A stretch of 64,000 nt of DNA from Setoptus koraiensis (lineage: Eukaryota > Animalia > Arthropoda), in NCBI GenBank assembly GCA_048013815.1, contig CM106586.1, forward strand, positions 7,874,001-7,938,000, read 5' to 3'. Under the pieces are notes generated by a model that did no database searches, had not been told where the DNA came from, and saw only the letters and a program-made list of their open reading frames with translations. The position numbers were made by a program, and so were the translations under genes. Positions 10,201 through 22,987 of this stretch are shown piece after piece. The first letter of the stretch is position 1; every line of letters starts with the position of its first letter.

Positions 10201-10942
10201 TCAATTGGTTGCTCAGTTTCTCTTTGGTGTTTTTGTATGATATCTTGGTTGATGATGATTGGGTTTGCTTAGTTTTTATGATTTGCGGATCGGGCTTATC
10301 ACTTTCAATTATCGCAGTGGAACGGATTTTTTTCGGTATCTTTGGTAGAAACTTTAAGTAGTCTTGGTTTGGACTATGGCTATCTGGCTGGCTTATCTTA
10401 GCAAGCCTTTCTGATCTAGTTAGTTGCAACTGCTTCGCCTCACGATCTTCGAAAGAGATTCCTCCATCGTCATCGATTATATCAAGAAGTTTCAAGTTGG
10501 GATTTGTTATGTCGGCTGAATGAGGTTCGGCTGGTTGACTATTATCGTTTTCGTTATTGTTCAAGGCACTATCAACTTGTTCGAATATTCCTTGTTCATA
10601 AGTTTGCTGATCATAAAATTCAATATTGAGTGTATCCAGGATATCATCCTGCTCTCGAACTAATGCACTAGGAATCTGAGTTCGATTTATATCCAATCGA
10701 CGCTCGTTGAAGCTTGAAGATTCGTCTCTCATAGTAAGGCAATCAGGGTCAGCTAAGTTCGCATCAGAACCTGGGGCTGGTGATTTACGATCTTCAGCCA
10801 TCGTTGGATCATCTGGAGAATGAGGTTCCATCTTGACATTGATGCACGAATTAACTTGTGAGATCTCAGGCCCAGTCGGTTTGGCGAGGGCATGATTTAA
10901 GGACGGGCCCTCAGGTTTGATCGGATCAGGATCAATCTTCAT
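7289..10942 (-). CDS. ERCC6: DNA excision repair protein ERCC-6 (CSB), SNF2 ATPase, single exon; probable ATG at 10942 (track start at 11026 is TTG)
   Basis: [58 protein letters not shown]; CSB-specific C-terminal [20 protein letters not shown] and GIPNWTG motifs. Confidence 0.95.
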   Translation of the reverse strand: [1217 protein letters not shown]

Positions 10943-11377
10943 GTTGGGATCTCTCCTTTTCAGATTTGAATGAGTTGTGGATGCATTTTGTATAATAATA
11001 AAAAATATTTCGATTGTGAGATCCAATAAGAAAACAGATCAAATGTGGTTTATATTACCAAGGGTCCAGCTGAGAAAGAGTAAACAAATATCTTTTTTCT
11101 TTGCTGTGCACTATTCCCAAGAAAAAGAAAAAAAAACTTGCCATCAGCCAAAAGCAAAACAAATGCGAACACGTCTCAAAAGCACACACAGAGTTGTTTC
11201 CCAACTCTCTGCTCACACCTTGTTACATTTCATTCGATTTGTGATACAGCATTGCACAGAACTCCTAACTGGTTCATCAAGAATGAAATCAAACATGTGT
11301 GAATTCGAAACGAAAATCTAATGGAGTCCAACAGTATTATGTATCCCAGATAGCTCATATCCAATCGGTTTCAAATC

Positions 11378-12499
11378 ATGTTTATATCAATCAAATACTT
11401 GAAGAGATTATGGTTGGAGTATGGATTCTGCTTGGGTTTATTTGGCCTAATATTTGTACATTTGGCACTTCTGATGCCGCCTAATGATCCAAAGATCGTA
11501 CAGTATGACACTTTTCAAGACTTTGCTTTAGATTTATCAAATTGCTCATCAAATGAGCATGAAAGCGTGAAATCATCCAAAAATAACGTCTATCAAATGA
11601 ATGGCGACCATTTATCTCTAACAATCAGACCGCCTATATGTCCTATCGATGAAGAACGTCTTAATCGTTTCACTTTGGATGGCATAAAACATAGATTGAA
11701 TTTTGGACATGTTGAAAGAGGCGGCCGCTTCAGACCCAAAGGCTGTCGTCCTTTGCAGAAAACAGCCATTATAATTCCATTCAGAAACAGAGAGGATCAA
11801 CTTGAAAAATTCACCTCGCACATGCATCAATTTTTACCTAGTCAAATGATTGATTACACCATTTACGTTGTTGAACAAAACGACTCTAGACCGTTCAATC
11901 GAGCTAAACTGTTCAACATCGGCTACTTAGAGTCTTTGAAACTGCAACCAGATATCTGTTGTTTTATTTTCCATGACGTCGATCTCCTTCCCATTGACCA
12001 AAGAAATCTATACATGTGTTCATCGAGGCCCCGTCATATGAGCTCACAGGTAAATACTTTTAGATTTAACCTACTCTATCAAGAACTATTCGGCGGTGTT
12101 GTTGCAATCTCCAAGTCACAATACAAACAAGTTGGTGGATTTGCCAATAGCTTTTATGGCTGGGGTGGTGAAGATGATGATATGTTTAGACGTATCATCA
12201 AACACAATCTAACTCTTTGTAGAGCACCATCTTGGATTTCCATGTATACTATGATGCGACACACCAAGGATAAACCAAATCCATCAAGGTAATGTATTTG
12301 TTTTAGCATTAGTGGAGTTTCTACTTGATGATTATGTATTACACTTCTAACGATCCGACATTGTCTTTATTATTATATTTTCAGATGGGACCTCCTACGA
12401 CACAGTTCCGATGATGACAACTTTGCTAGTACAAAATATACCGTATTTAGAATTTCAAGTGAACCACTGTACACTTTGATCTCAATTGAGAGTAACTGA
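11378..12499 (+). CDS. Beta-1,4-galactosyl/N-acetylgalactosaminyltransferase (GT7, bre-4-like); exons 11378-12288 and 12385-12499
   Basis: Type II TM anchor, IIIPFRNRE, FNRAKLFNIG, FIFHDVDLLP, GWGGEDDD. GT-AG intron 12289-12384 restores the C-terminus RWDLLRH...EPLYTLISIESN. Confidence 0.93.
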
Positions 12500-12860
12500 T
12501 AGCCAATGTGTTTTCAATTAAATCTCTAGTAGTAGCGCCACGACATAATTTGTGGCAACATTATTTAAGGCGACTAAATGAACTCAAGACACAAACGTTG
12601 TGATACACGATATCAGAATGATGATGAGTTTATATGGTCATGATGTAGTTTAATATACATATAGATAGAAAATTTTAATGTCATGATATATAAAGGGCAT
12701 TGATGAGTATTTACGTCGGGGAAGATTTAAAAAAATGATCGCTCCAAGAATTAAAGTTATAAAATTTACAATATTTGGTCAGTGTCACACCAACTCAATG
12801 TCATGCCTATAGTTGTAGTAGTGATGCATCTAGCAAAGTCATAAGATTGTTTCAAAACAA

Positions 12861-13295
12861 TCACATCTCGGACACATCCGCCCTGCCTCTTATGTATTTG
12901 ACCAATCTTACATCCTCTGGTCTGATAGTAACTCTCTTTGCATGTATGGCCACTCTATTTGTATCTTCAAATATAGCAACCATGTAAGCCTCGGCAGCTT
13001 CTTGTAAAGCCTCGAGAGCATTCATCTGCCACCTGCACATCCTATTAGGGCCGAGACATTCTAGAGCGATTTCTCTTACGAGCCTTGCAAAAGGGGCTAG
13101 AGCAATGAGCTTATTCGTGTTCTTCTGATAATAGGTAATTTCACGGAGAGCAACAGTTCCTGGTCGATATCTTCTTTTCTTTCTGGTACCATCATATGTG
13201 AGTACCTTCTTTTTTGATATTCTCTTTCCTTTAGATTGCGGTGTCAATGGTGCAGACGTACCGCTGGAGTTCACCATTTGTTGTGTCCTGACCAT
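12861..13295 (-). CDS. CENPA: Centromeric histone H3 variant (CenH3/CENP-A-like)
   Basis: Histone fold [12 protein letters not shown]...[10 protein letters not shown]...RWQ...ALQEAAEAY...HAKRVTI. Non-H3 N-tail, Q68-equivalent replaced by A, F84-equivalent W and loop 1 longer by 3 residues are CenH3 hallmarks. Confidence 0.85.
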   Translation of the reverse strand: MVRTQQMVNSSGTSAPLTPQSKGKRISKKKVLTYDGTRKKRRYRPGTVALREITYYQKNTNKLIALAPFARLVREIALECLGPNRMCRWQMNALEALQEAAEAYMVAIFEDTNRVAIHAKRVTIRPEDVRLVKYIRGRADVSEM

Positions 13296-13836
13296 TCTAT
13301 TGTCGATAAGTTAATTGCAATCTAAGAAGAATTGATGTAATTTGTACGGTCTTTCATGTGAGAGTGATGACAAAAACAAAAATGTATAGAAACAATGTAA
13401 ATAATCACATTGTGCCGACGAATGCGAGTGGCCGAAAACCGTTTGAAAGTTGCGTTCGCACGAGTGTGTGCGTGCGTGAGCGAGTAAATGAGCGGTACAT
13501 CTTTCTCGAGGGGAGATGTTGGGAGAATGCCCTCCCATATGATTGAGCATTGTTCGAATCAAGCGCTTCTATAAATCCATGGCCTACACGCATGCGTTTG
13601 TAATGTCCTTGCTTATTAAGAAAAGGTGGTATATAAAAGAAATATCATAGGCGTCCATGTGTGATAGCAAAAATTCTACACAAAAGTAGTAGTGTTACAA
13701 TAATTCGATAGGGCATCCATTTAAATTATATTACATAATAATTATTATACAACCATTGGATACTTATCTCACATATTTAATTAACTAACCAATACCACCA
13801 TCATTATATATCAGCTGAGCTCAAGACTAATAGAAC

Positions 13837-15508
<1,672 letters not shown>

Positions 15509-16776
15509 ATAAACACCTAAACCCGCAATTAATTTCAGATATATAGAATTGGTTCAGCTATCATTACAATTCATATAAAGTTAAAGCTAGTTATTAAAGT
15601 TGATCACCGATAAAAAGAGAGCAATCTATTCTGCCTCATTTTATATCTCTATCTGAATTTTGCCATATGTATATTCATTCAAGATTTACCCTGAGTAAAC
15701 AAATTCTTCATCAAAAGAGATTACAAATTTGAGATATCCAACTTTTTATGAACTGTATATAATTTTCACTTTTACCTTACCTATTGGTGCACACCAACTG
15801 TTGAAATGGGGAGAGTCCAGGCTTGTGAGTTCAATGGTAATAAATTAGCATGCTATGGCGGGGCACGTCAACAAGGTACTATCAGTGTAGTGGCCAAAAC
15901 TGTGGTTTGTAAGTCAGAGAATCCACCTAAATAATCACATCATTACATTGCCTCCATCTTTTTTGATGCTTGCCGTGGACTCTGAGCATCGTCATTAGTA
16001 GGATTTTTTTTATCCCTAGCGAGTGTGTACTCGCAACCTGTTAACAGCATTCTATCAAATAATAGAATGACAGATCCCTTATCTAGTTAGAAATGACAAA
16101 CTCCCAATCTTTGACAGAAAGCTCTAAAAACAATTGTTGCCGCTGTCAATAGAAATTGGCCACGCGTTCGCTGGGAACTCTCACTAGCGAGTTGTGACAT
16201 TCAGCAGTCAGTGAATTGGCGGGTAAAATTGGTGTGGATCCCGATAATGCCAAGTAGAGAAGACCTGAATCAACAGATTTCAACTGATTTGCGACAATTG
16301 CATCAATTTGATTTGTGTTTAGTGAAAAATGATGTAGAGGTAGGAGATCTGGTCACCAGGGAGTATCGGAGCATCGAGTGAAAGGTTTGTTCTCACTTTG
16401 GTGCTTATCATCAATTAGTTTATCAGTTAATCATTTTGCTCAGTTGAAAGTTAGCGAGGTGGGAATGATTTAGAGTTATTGGAAAATCAAATGGCTTCGC
16501 ATAGTTATAGAGAAGGATACATAAGTTTAGAGATTGTATACATATCTCGTGCCAGCACCCGTCTCGGCTGATAGGCAGCTATCTATAGTCGGGGTTAGTG
16601 TAGAGTCTTGTTGGATTGAGCTAGACAATGTCGCGAGGCATCTACTAGCTACTTTACGCTATTCGCGAGCTACTGATCTATACGATTCTCCGTATACGTT
16701 CCGTGTAGAGTTGTTCGTTTACGATGCGCACAACCTTAGCACATAAAAGTTGGTGTGTTGCACTGTGTTCGTATAT

Positions 16777-16780
16777 TGTG

Positions 16781-16830
<50 letters not shown>
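16777..16830. repeat. (TG)n microsatellite
   Basis: About 27 TG units with one CG interruption; further short TG tracts at about 16950-17040. Confidence 0.95.
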
Positions 16831-16832
<2 letters not shown>

Positions 16833-17654
16833 GTGTGTTAGAGCATTTCGGGCCTTTGCCTGTGATCGTATATCTGCTACTATCACGGTATAAATACACA
16901 TACTGTACTATAGAAATCGCAATCTGTGTCTCGGACCATGTCTGTTTGTCTGTGTGTGTGCCTATAACTGCTAGTTCTTGGCAGTAGTCCGTTCGTCTGT
17001 TTGTGCGTCACTAATAAGTGTGTGTGTGTGTCTGTGTATTTGTCACACTCACAAGCTATTTCTGTATGTGGTTAACAACAAGCAGCCAGCATACACTCAC
17101 ATAGAGTGAGTTGCAGCGGCCGAAAAAGAATTCAATGGTGGTCATCTGATTTTCGCTCGCTTCTTCTTCTTCATCATGAATTGTTTATAGATTATATAAT
17201 AATGCCTGATTATCAGCGCATGCTCTGTAAATAGAAATTCGTTAAAAGAAAAGAAAAAAGAAAAGAAAAATTTAACAATACCAACGATTATCCTTGATTA
17301 TCGACAAATTATTATTGACTTGTGCAGCACAGAAAAAAAAAGAAGAAAATATCTCAATTATATTACTATTATATAACGTTATTATTCTTATCTTATTTGT
17401 ATTGCCTACAAATGAACCAATCGCGTGCCTAATCATTATTGCTAATTATATTGATTTTAAATTCAACACTATCATTACATAACATTAATCATCATTAATA
17501 ATATTATCATTACTATATTACATAATAAATAATTTGCCCTTTTCCAGCATAAATCACAATTGACAACATTATTATTTCAAATAGAGAACATAATAATAAA
17601 AATAAAACAATCAATTGCATCTTTATCTGATAGAGAGATAGTTTTATCGCAACC

Positions 17655-20350
17655 ATGGACAACAACTATAGGCACCCGAGACCCTTCGCAACAGGCTCCA
17701 CATCTCCGTCTCGACAAGGATCCTCCGAGGTGCCCAATGGTACGACACCGATTAAGTTTTATAGATCGACCGAAATCATACCCCTACCATATCAACCAAT
17801 AGTGACACCTCAGACAAAATTCAATCAAATGCAAATAGACAAACAAAAGAAAGTACTACCCATCACGATACAGCAACGACCTCACTATGGCTTGTCCGGC
17901 AGTCCGGTCAAGCTTGGTTTTCACGAATTGCCCCGACCTGGTACAACCAGCAAATTAGACGCTGCAATCAATAATCTAAAAAATTCATCATCAAATGGAT
18001 TTTCTAGACAATCAACCTCTACCCATTCGAACGTTGGCAACTCATCAGTTGCTACCTCCAACAATACTACTGGCAATGCCGTAGTCGTCTCTCTTCAAGC
18101 ATCTCAATCTGTAGCCAACTTAATGAGTAAACCTTCTCCAGATATTTATTTCAGGAACAAACAAAGAACTTCACCTCAACGAGAAATCAAACCCTCATCT
18201 AGCAACATGACACCTGTTCGAATGGCTCCAACAAAATGGGTTCAGTTGCAGTCGAAACCCACATCAGTTGCTGAAACCACTGCAGCTAACAGTTTTATTC
18301 CTCGATCGACCCCCGTTTTCAATAAACAGCGATCATTCATAAAAATAACACCAAAGAGGAAGTACGCAGCCGAGTTGAATATGCAACCAGCTCCGGTTAA
18401 AAAAGAAGAGCCTGTGGCTGATGAGAGCGAGCAGAGCTCAAGTATTTCACTAGTCAGCAACAAATCGAATGGTCCAATGAAAAAGGATGAACCTTTGACT
18501 CTTAAGCAGGACGATAGTACAAAAACGAATGGATTAGCTTTGTCCAACTCAGATGATGGTATTCCAAAGACAAAAGAACTCCTCGATGCTGCAGATCGTG
18601 CGAGTCCGAAACTGAGATTATACCATCATCCTAGATCTTCCACCGGTACTCTCACCAAAGTGATATCGTGTCATCAGAATGAATCCCCTGCGAAGAAAAC
18701 TAAACCGACTATTGTGAACATCCCGTTCATCTGGGAAGATTATCTAAAGGCCACGGGTACTTCCGCAGCACCATCAAATTGCTTCAGACAAACTCAAGGT
18801 GATTTAGTCTGCAAATTTGAGATAGGTATGAAGCTGGAGACACGCGATCCGAGAAATCGCTCTGCATGGTGTCTCGCTACCGTAATACGCCGAGAAGGTA
18901 TTAGGATTCAACTAAGACTGGATGGCAGCGGCAACTCAAACGATTTCTGGCAATTGATAGATTCGGCCGATAATCGACCTGTTGGATCCACGAAAGGTGG
19001 TCAAGACGCCTTAGCACCTCCCGTAGGCTTTACTTCATGTTTTTCCAGCTATCCCAAATGGATTGAGAAGAGGATTGCAAAACCTGGCACTGTCCTAGCA
19101 CCAGACAATTGTTTTGAACCAGAACCAGAAAAGCCTCCAGTAAACTTATTTAAGCGTGGAATGAAACTTGAGGCTGTTGATAAGAAAAATACTTATCTAA
19201 TTTGCCCCGCTACTGTTGGAGATGTTCAAGGCTCTGAAATAAATGTAGTTTTTGATGGATGGAAAGGATCTTTTGACTACAAATGTTCTTACGACTCAAG
19301 AGATATTTTCCCTGTAGGTTGGTGCAATAGGACTGGCTATACTCTGCAGAGACCAGGAAATTGGCCTGCCATCTTGCAAATGGCTCAGAAATCCGTGGAA
19401 TCTACCCCAGATATCTCCAATAATATTTCACTAGGGGAAACTCTAGTGCATCACGAATCGAAGAAGAAAAAGATATCTTTCCAGGAACCAATTGAAGAGT
19501 TCGCACCTGATAGCTCTTGTCGACGAACAACGCCAGTTGATAAATGGAATCTCACAGATAAACAACATTCTTCGAAAAATAATGATTTGAATGACACAAA
19601 CAGAAGTACTCAGTATACTGAGCTCACTTTGTTACCTTCTGCACAACAACATAAGACGAATAAGGATTCATCTGCTAATACATTGTCTGACTCAGTTAGC
19701 GGTGCCGACATAATTGCCGCCGCTGATGTTGCCGCCACTACTACTCAGAACGGAGCTTCAAATCGACGAAAGAGGGGTAGACCGAGATGTAATTATGAGG
19801 CTAGCCAAATATCCAAGATGGAATTTTCGAATTCAGACGACCTTCTTCTAGAACATGCAAGCGATTCCTCAATGAATGTAGATGAGCAATACCTGACTAC
19901 CGAGGCTGAAGAGAGTCTATTGAGGACTAATGGACAATGCAAGGAGCAAGGCCAACTCAATGAAACAAAACTTCCAAGTGATAATCAAGGAATCAACCGC
20001 AGCAAAACTTCATCCAGAGGGATGCCAAATATTTACGAAATGGGTGTCGAGGACGTTATTCACCATATTTTGAAAAAAGACGACATACTGGCGAGACATG
20101 TAAATGTCTTCCTAGAGAATGTAAGTTAAATTAATCAATTGATCTTTACAACTTCGCCGCTTTTCAACGCCGCTTCATCAACTAATTTATGTTTATATCT
20201 TATCATAAATATTTCTACAACCAGGAAATCGATGGCAAATCTTTTATGCTCCTCAATCAAGAATGCATGTCCAAAGATCTAGGTCTAAAGCTGGGGCCGA
20301 TACTCAAAATTCGGCACTTGCAAAAAGAGCTTGTCGAAAATAAGCCCTGA
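17655..20350 (+). CDS. Scm: Polycomb protein Scm-like (2 MBT repeats + SAM); exons 17655-20120 and 20225-20350
   Basis: FEIGMKLETRDPRN and FKRGMKLEAVDKKN...FDGWKGSFDY...SRDIFPVGWC are MBT repeats. Intron gtaagt...ccag (20121-20224) completes the SAM domain EIDGKSFMLL...GLKLGPILKI. Confidence 0.9.
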
Positions 20351-20551
20351 CCACAGACATATGGTTCACTCTTTGATTGATATTTGATGTATGTTCAACG
20401 ATTTCAAGCGAAGTCGTCTAGTTACAATAATAACTTAAACCCTGCATGCATGTAGCTAACAACCTTTACGAGTCAAGGATTCTGACTTAACTTTCGATTG
20501 TCTAAAATATCTTTTATTTATAAAAGGATGTTGGTCCTTATGTAGATAAAA

Positions 20552-22987
20552 TTAAATATTTAGAGTGCTTCTGAGTAAAGACTTTAGGTCTTTCGTTACA
20601 ATTTCGTTCCTACAATTATTTTCAGTCATGTTATGCCCTAATCTCAGTTTTTCATTTGCTATGGAAAGCATCCCCTCTTCAACAGTATTTCTTGAGATCA
20701 ATTTGTACACCGAAACCTCCTTGCATTGACCAACTCGATGACTTCGATCCATAGCTTGCTGATCATTGTATGGATTAAAATCGATGTCGTGTATCACAAC
20801 AACGTTGGCCGCAGTAAGATTTATACCAAGGCCTCCAGCTTTTGTTGAGAGAATAAAAATAAATACTTCATCATCTTGATTGAAATGGTCGATCAAATCA
20901 ATACGTTCACCAACCTTAGTTGAACCATCCAGACGTATGTATTTATGACCGCGGATCATGAGATACTCTTCTATTATATCGAGCAGCATAACAAATTGAC
21001 TAAAAAGGAGGCATCGCTCTTTAGATCGTTTGGTTTTATCAAGTAGTTCATCTAGTTGACGAAATTTTCCGCTATTTAGTATGTCTTCATCATTCAGTTT
21101 GAACTTAGAAATTGATTTGTGCAATGTACATAGTTTATGGAGCTCAAAATCATTCATGTACGTCATGTCCTCGTAGATTAGCTGAGGGTCAGCGTTTCGA
21201 TGGGTCGGTTCTTGCAACATAAGTTTCGACATTTCTCTCAACTTAGCATGTGAATAAAGATTCAAAATTAATAATGGATGATTGGCAACTTTTCGCATTC
21301 GCATCAACATGCCGGCACCTTGTGAAACATTCTCTGTTGTAGATTCTTCACGGGAAAATGAGTCGTCATTTTCGAATATTTCACCATGCTTATTACTGAT
21401 TTCTCTGGCAAAAGATTCGGCCATGTTCACGTACAACTGTTCTTGGGATTCCGACATCGGACAAACTATCGTGTTCTCACTCTTTGTGGGCAAGTTCTTC
21501 AGCACATCATTTTTCAATCTCCTCAAGATGAATGGTTTCATTATTTTTTTTGCTTGTTCAATTCTGATACTTTCAAAAGTTGTTTTGCCCCCCTCTTGGC
21601 GAGACGCGGATGAGAACATCGCTTCAACGTGAGCTATCTTTGGCATGAATAGACGAGGCATTGTAAAAACTAGTAGAGACATTAGCTCGACTAAGTTATT
21701 CTGAAGAGGTGTTCCTGTTAATAATATTCTCCTCTTAGATTTGATCTTAATTAAATTTTGACACCTGCTTGTCTTCAAATTTTTTAACATATGAGCCTCG
21801 TCAAAGATAAGATATTCAAATTTGATCTTCTTAAACAGTCTTCTGTCTTCTGCGTTTTGAACAACATTGTATGTTGTCAATACGACATCGACATCGTATT
21901 TATGTGAGGCTATGAAGAATCTCACTTGAGATCTATATTCTTGGGTACCATAGTATTGAATAATTTTAACATCTGGACACCATGTTTCAAATTCGCGTTG
22001 CCAATTATCAAGGGTCGAAGCTGGCACTATGATAAGGTGATGCCGTTTGAGATTATGAGCCTCTCGTAGGTAAGCCAGAAAAGCTATGACTTGAATTGTT
22101 TTACCTAAACCCATTTCATCAGCGAGTATGCCATTTATATTTCTATTATACATTAATGCTAACCAGTTGAGGCCAATTAATTGATAAGGAGCCAATGTCA
22201 TGCTGGAATTGAGACATTTGGGTTGGCGTGCCTCTGGTAAACGCTCAACAACATTGGTAATATCTTTGGATATTTTCTCACAATCGTTCATAAGTTTCTC
22301 AACTATTTTTCGGCTTTTCATAGTTTTCACTGTGTTCACTATTATATCTTCATTGATGGCAGAACTGGCATGGTTTCTGATTTTTTTGTTGAGATCATCC
22401 CAACTCTTTAATGGTCTCATAGCAACTAACTGGATAGCTTTCTTATGGCTAACACCAGGTATACTCTCAAGATCAGCCTCTGTCGCATTTTGAATGAAAT
22501 CAACAATGCTTTGTTTGAAACTGTTGACTTTAGTCTGAGCAGCCAGACTTCTTGCGGCTTGAGTACCTTCCTCATCATACAATTCCTCTAGTATTGTGTC
22601 ATCTTCATCGTCGTCATCGTGTTCGTCGTTATTGTTGGCTTCATAGTCATCCTCATCTTCGTCTTCTTCATCTAGTTCAACTGTTTCGATATGTTTCTTC
22701 TTTTTCTCACTTTTGGTCACAATCACTATTTCATCTTCCTCATCATCAGCTTCGTTTTCTTCCTCTTCTTCTTCTTCGTCTTCTTCGGGTGGTTCCTCTC
22801 GATGGCCATCATCCGAGTCAGATCTCATTTTTTTGTTGCCGCGATCCTCGTATTCATCATAATCATCATCGTCGCTCTCTATGAGCCTTTTGTTTTTCTT
22901 TTTATTGTTACCCGTATGAAATACATTGGATTTGAGAGTCCCACTGACACCATCGGAATCGGAGTCGGAATCTATGCTCGATTGCAT
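20552..22987 (-). CDS. SMARCAD1: SMARCAD1/Etl1/Fun30 SNF2-family chromatin remodeller, single exon; probable ATG at 22987 (track start is TTG)
   Basis: [61 protein letters not shown] (SMARCAD1-specific insert), [10 protein letters not shown]. Confidence 0.93.
   Translation of the reverse strand: [811 protein letters not shown]

Noticed and set aside
7368-10361. Plus-strand ORFs overlapping ERCC6, and similar shadow ORFs over SMARCAD1, the dikinase, PEPCK, SAC2, PP5 and INTS5
   Set aside because: Antisense or alternate-frame by-products of long coding sequences, often with GTG/TTG starts and no recognisable motifs.
10943-11026. N-terminal extensions of ERCC6 (to 11026) and SMARCAD1 (to 23074) in the ORF track
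   Set aside because: Both start at TTG. The first in-frame ATGs (10942 and 22987) are the more plausible eukaryotic starts.
16534-16987. ORFs around the (TG)n tract
   Set aside because: Kept open by the microsatellite (HTHT/VCVC translations) or started at TTG; no family similarity.
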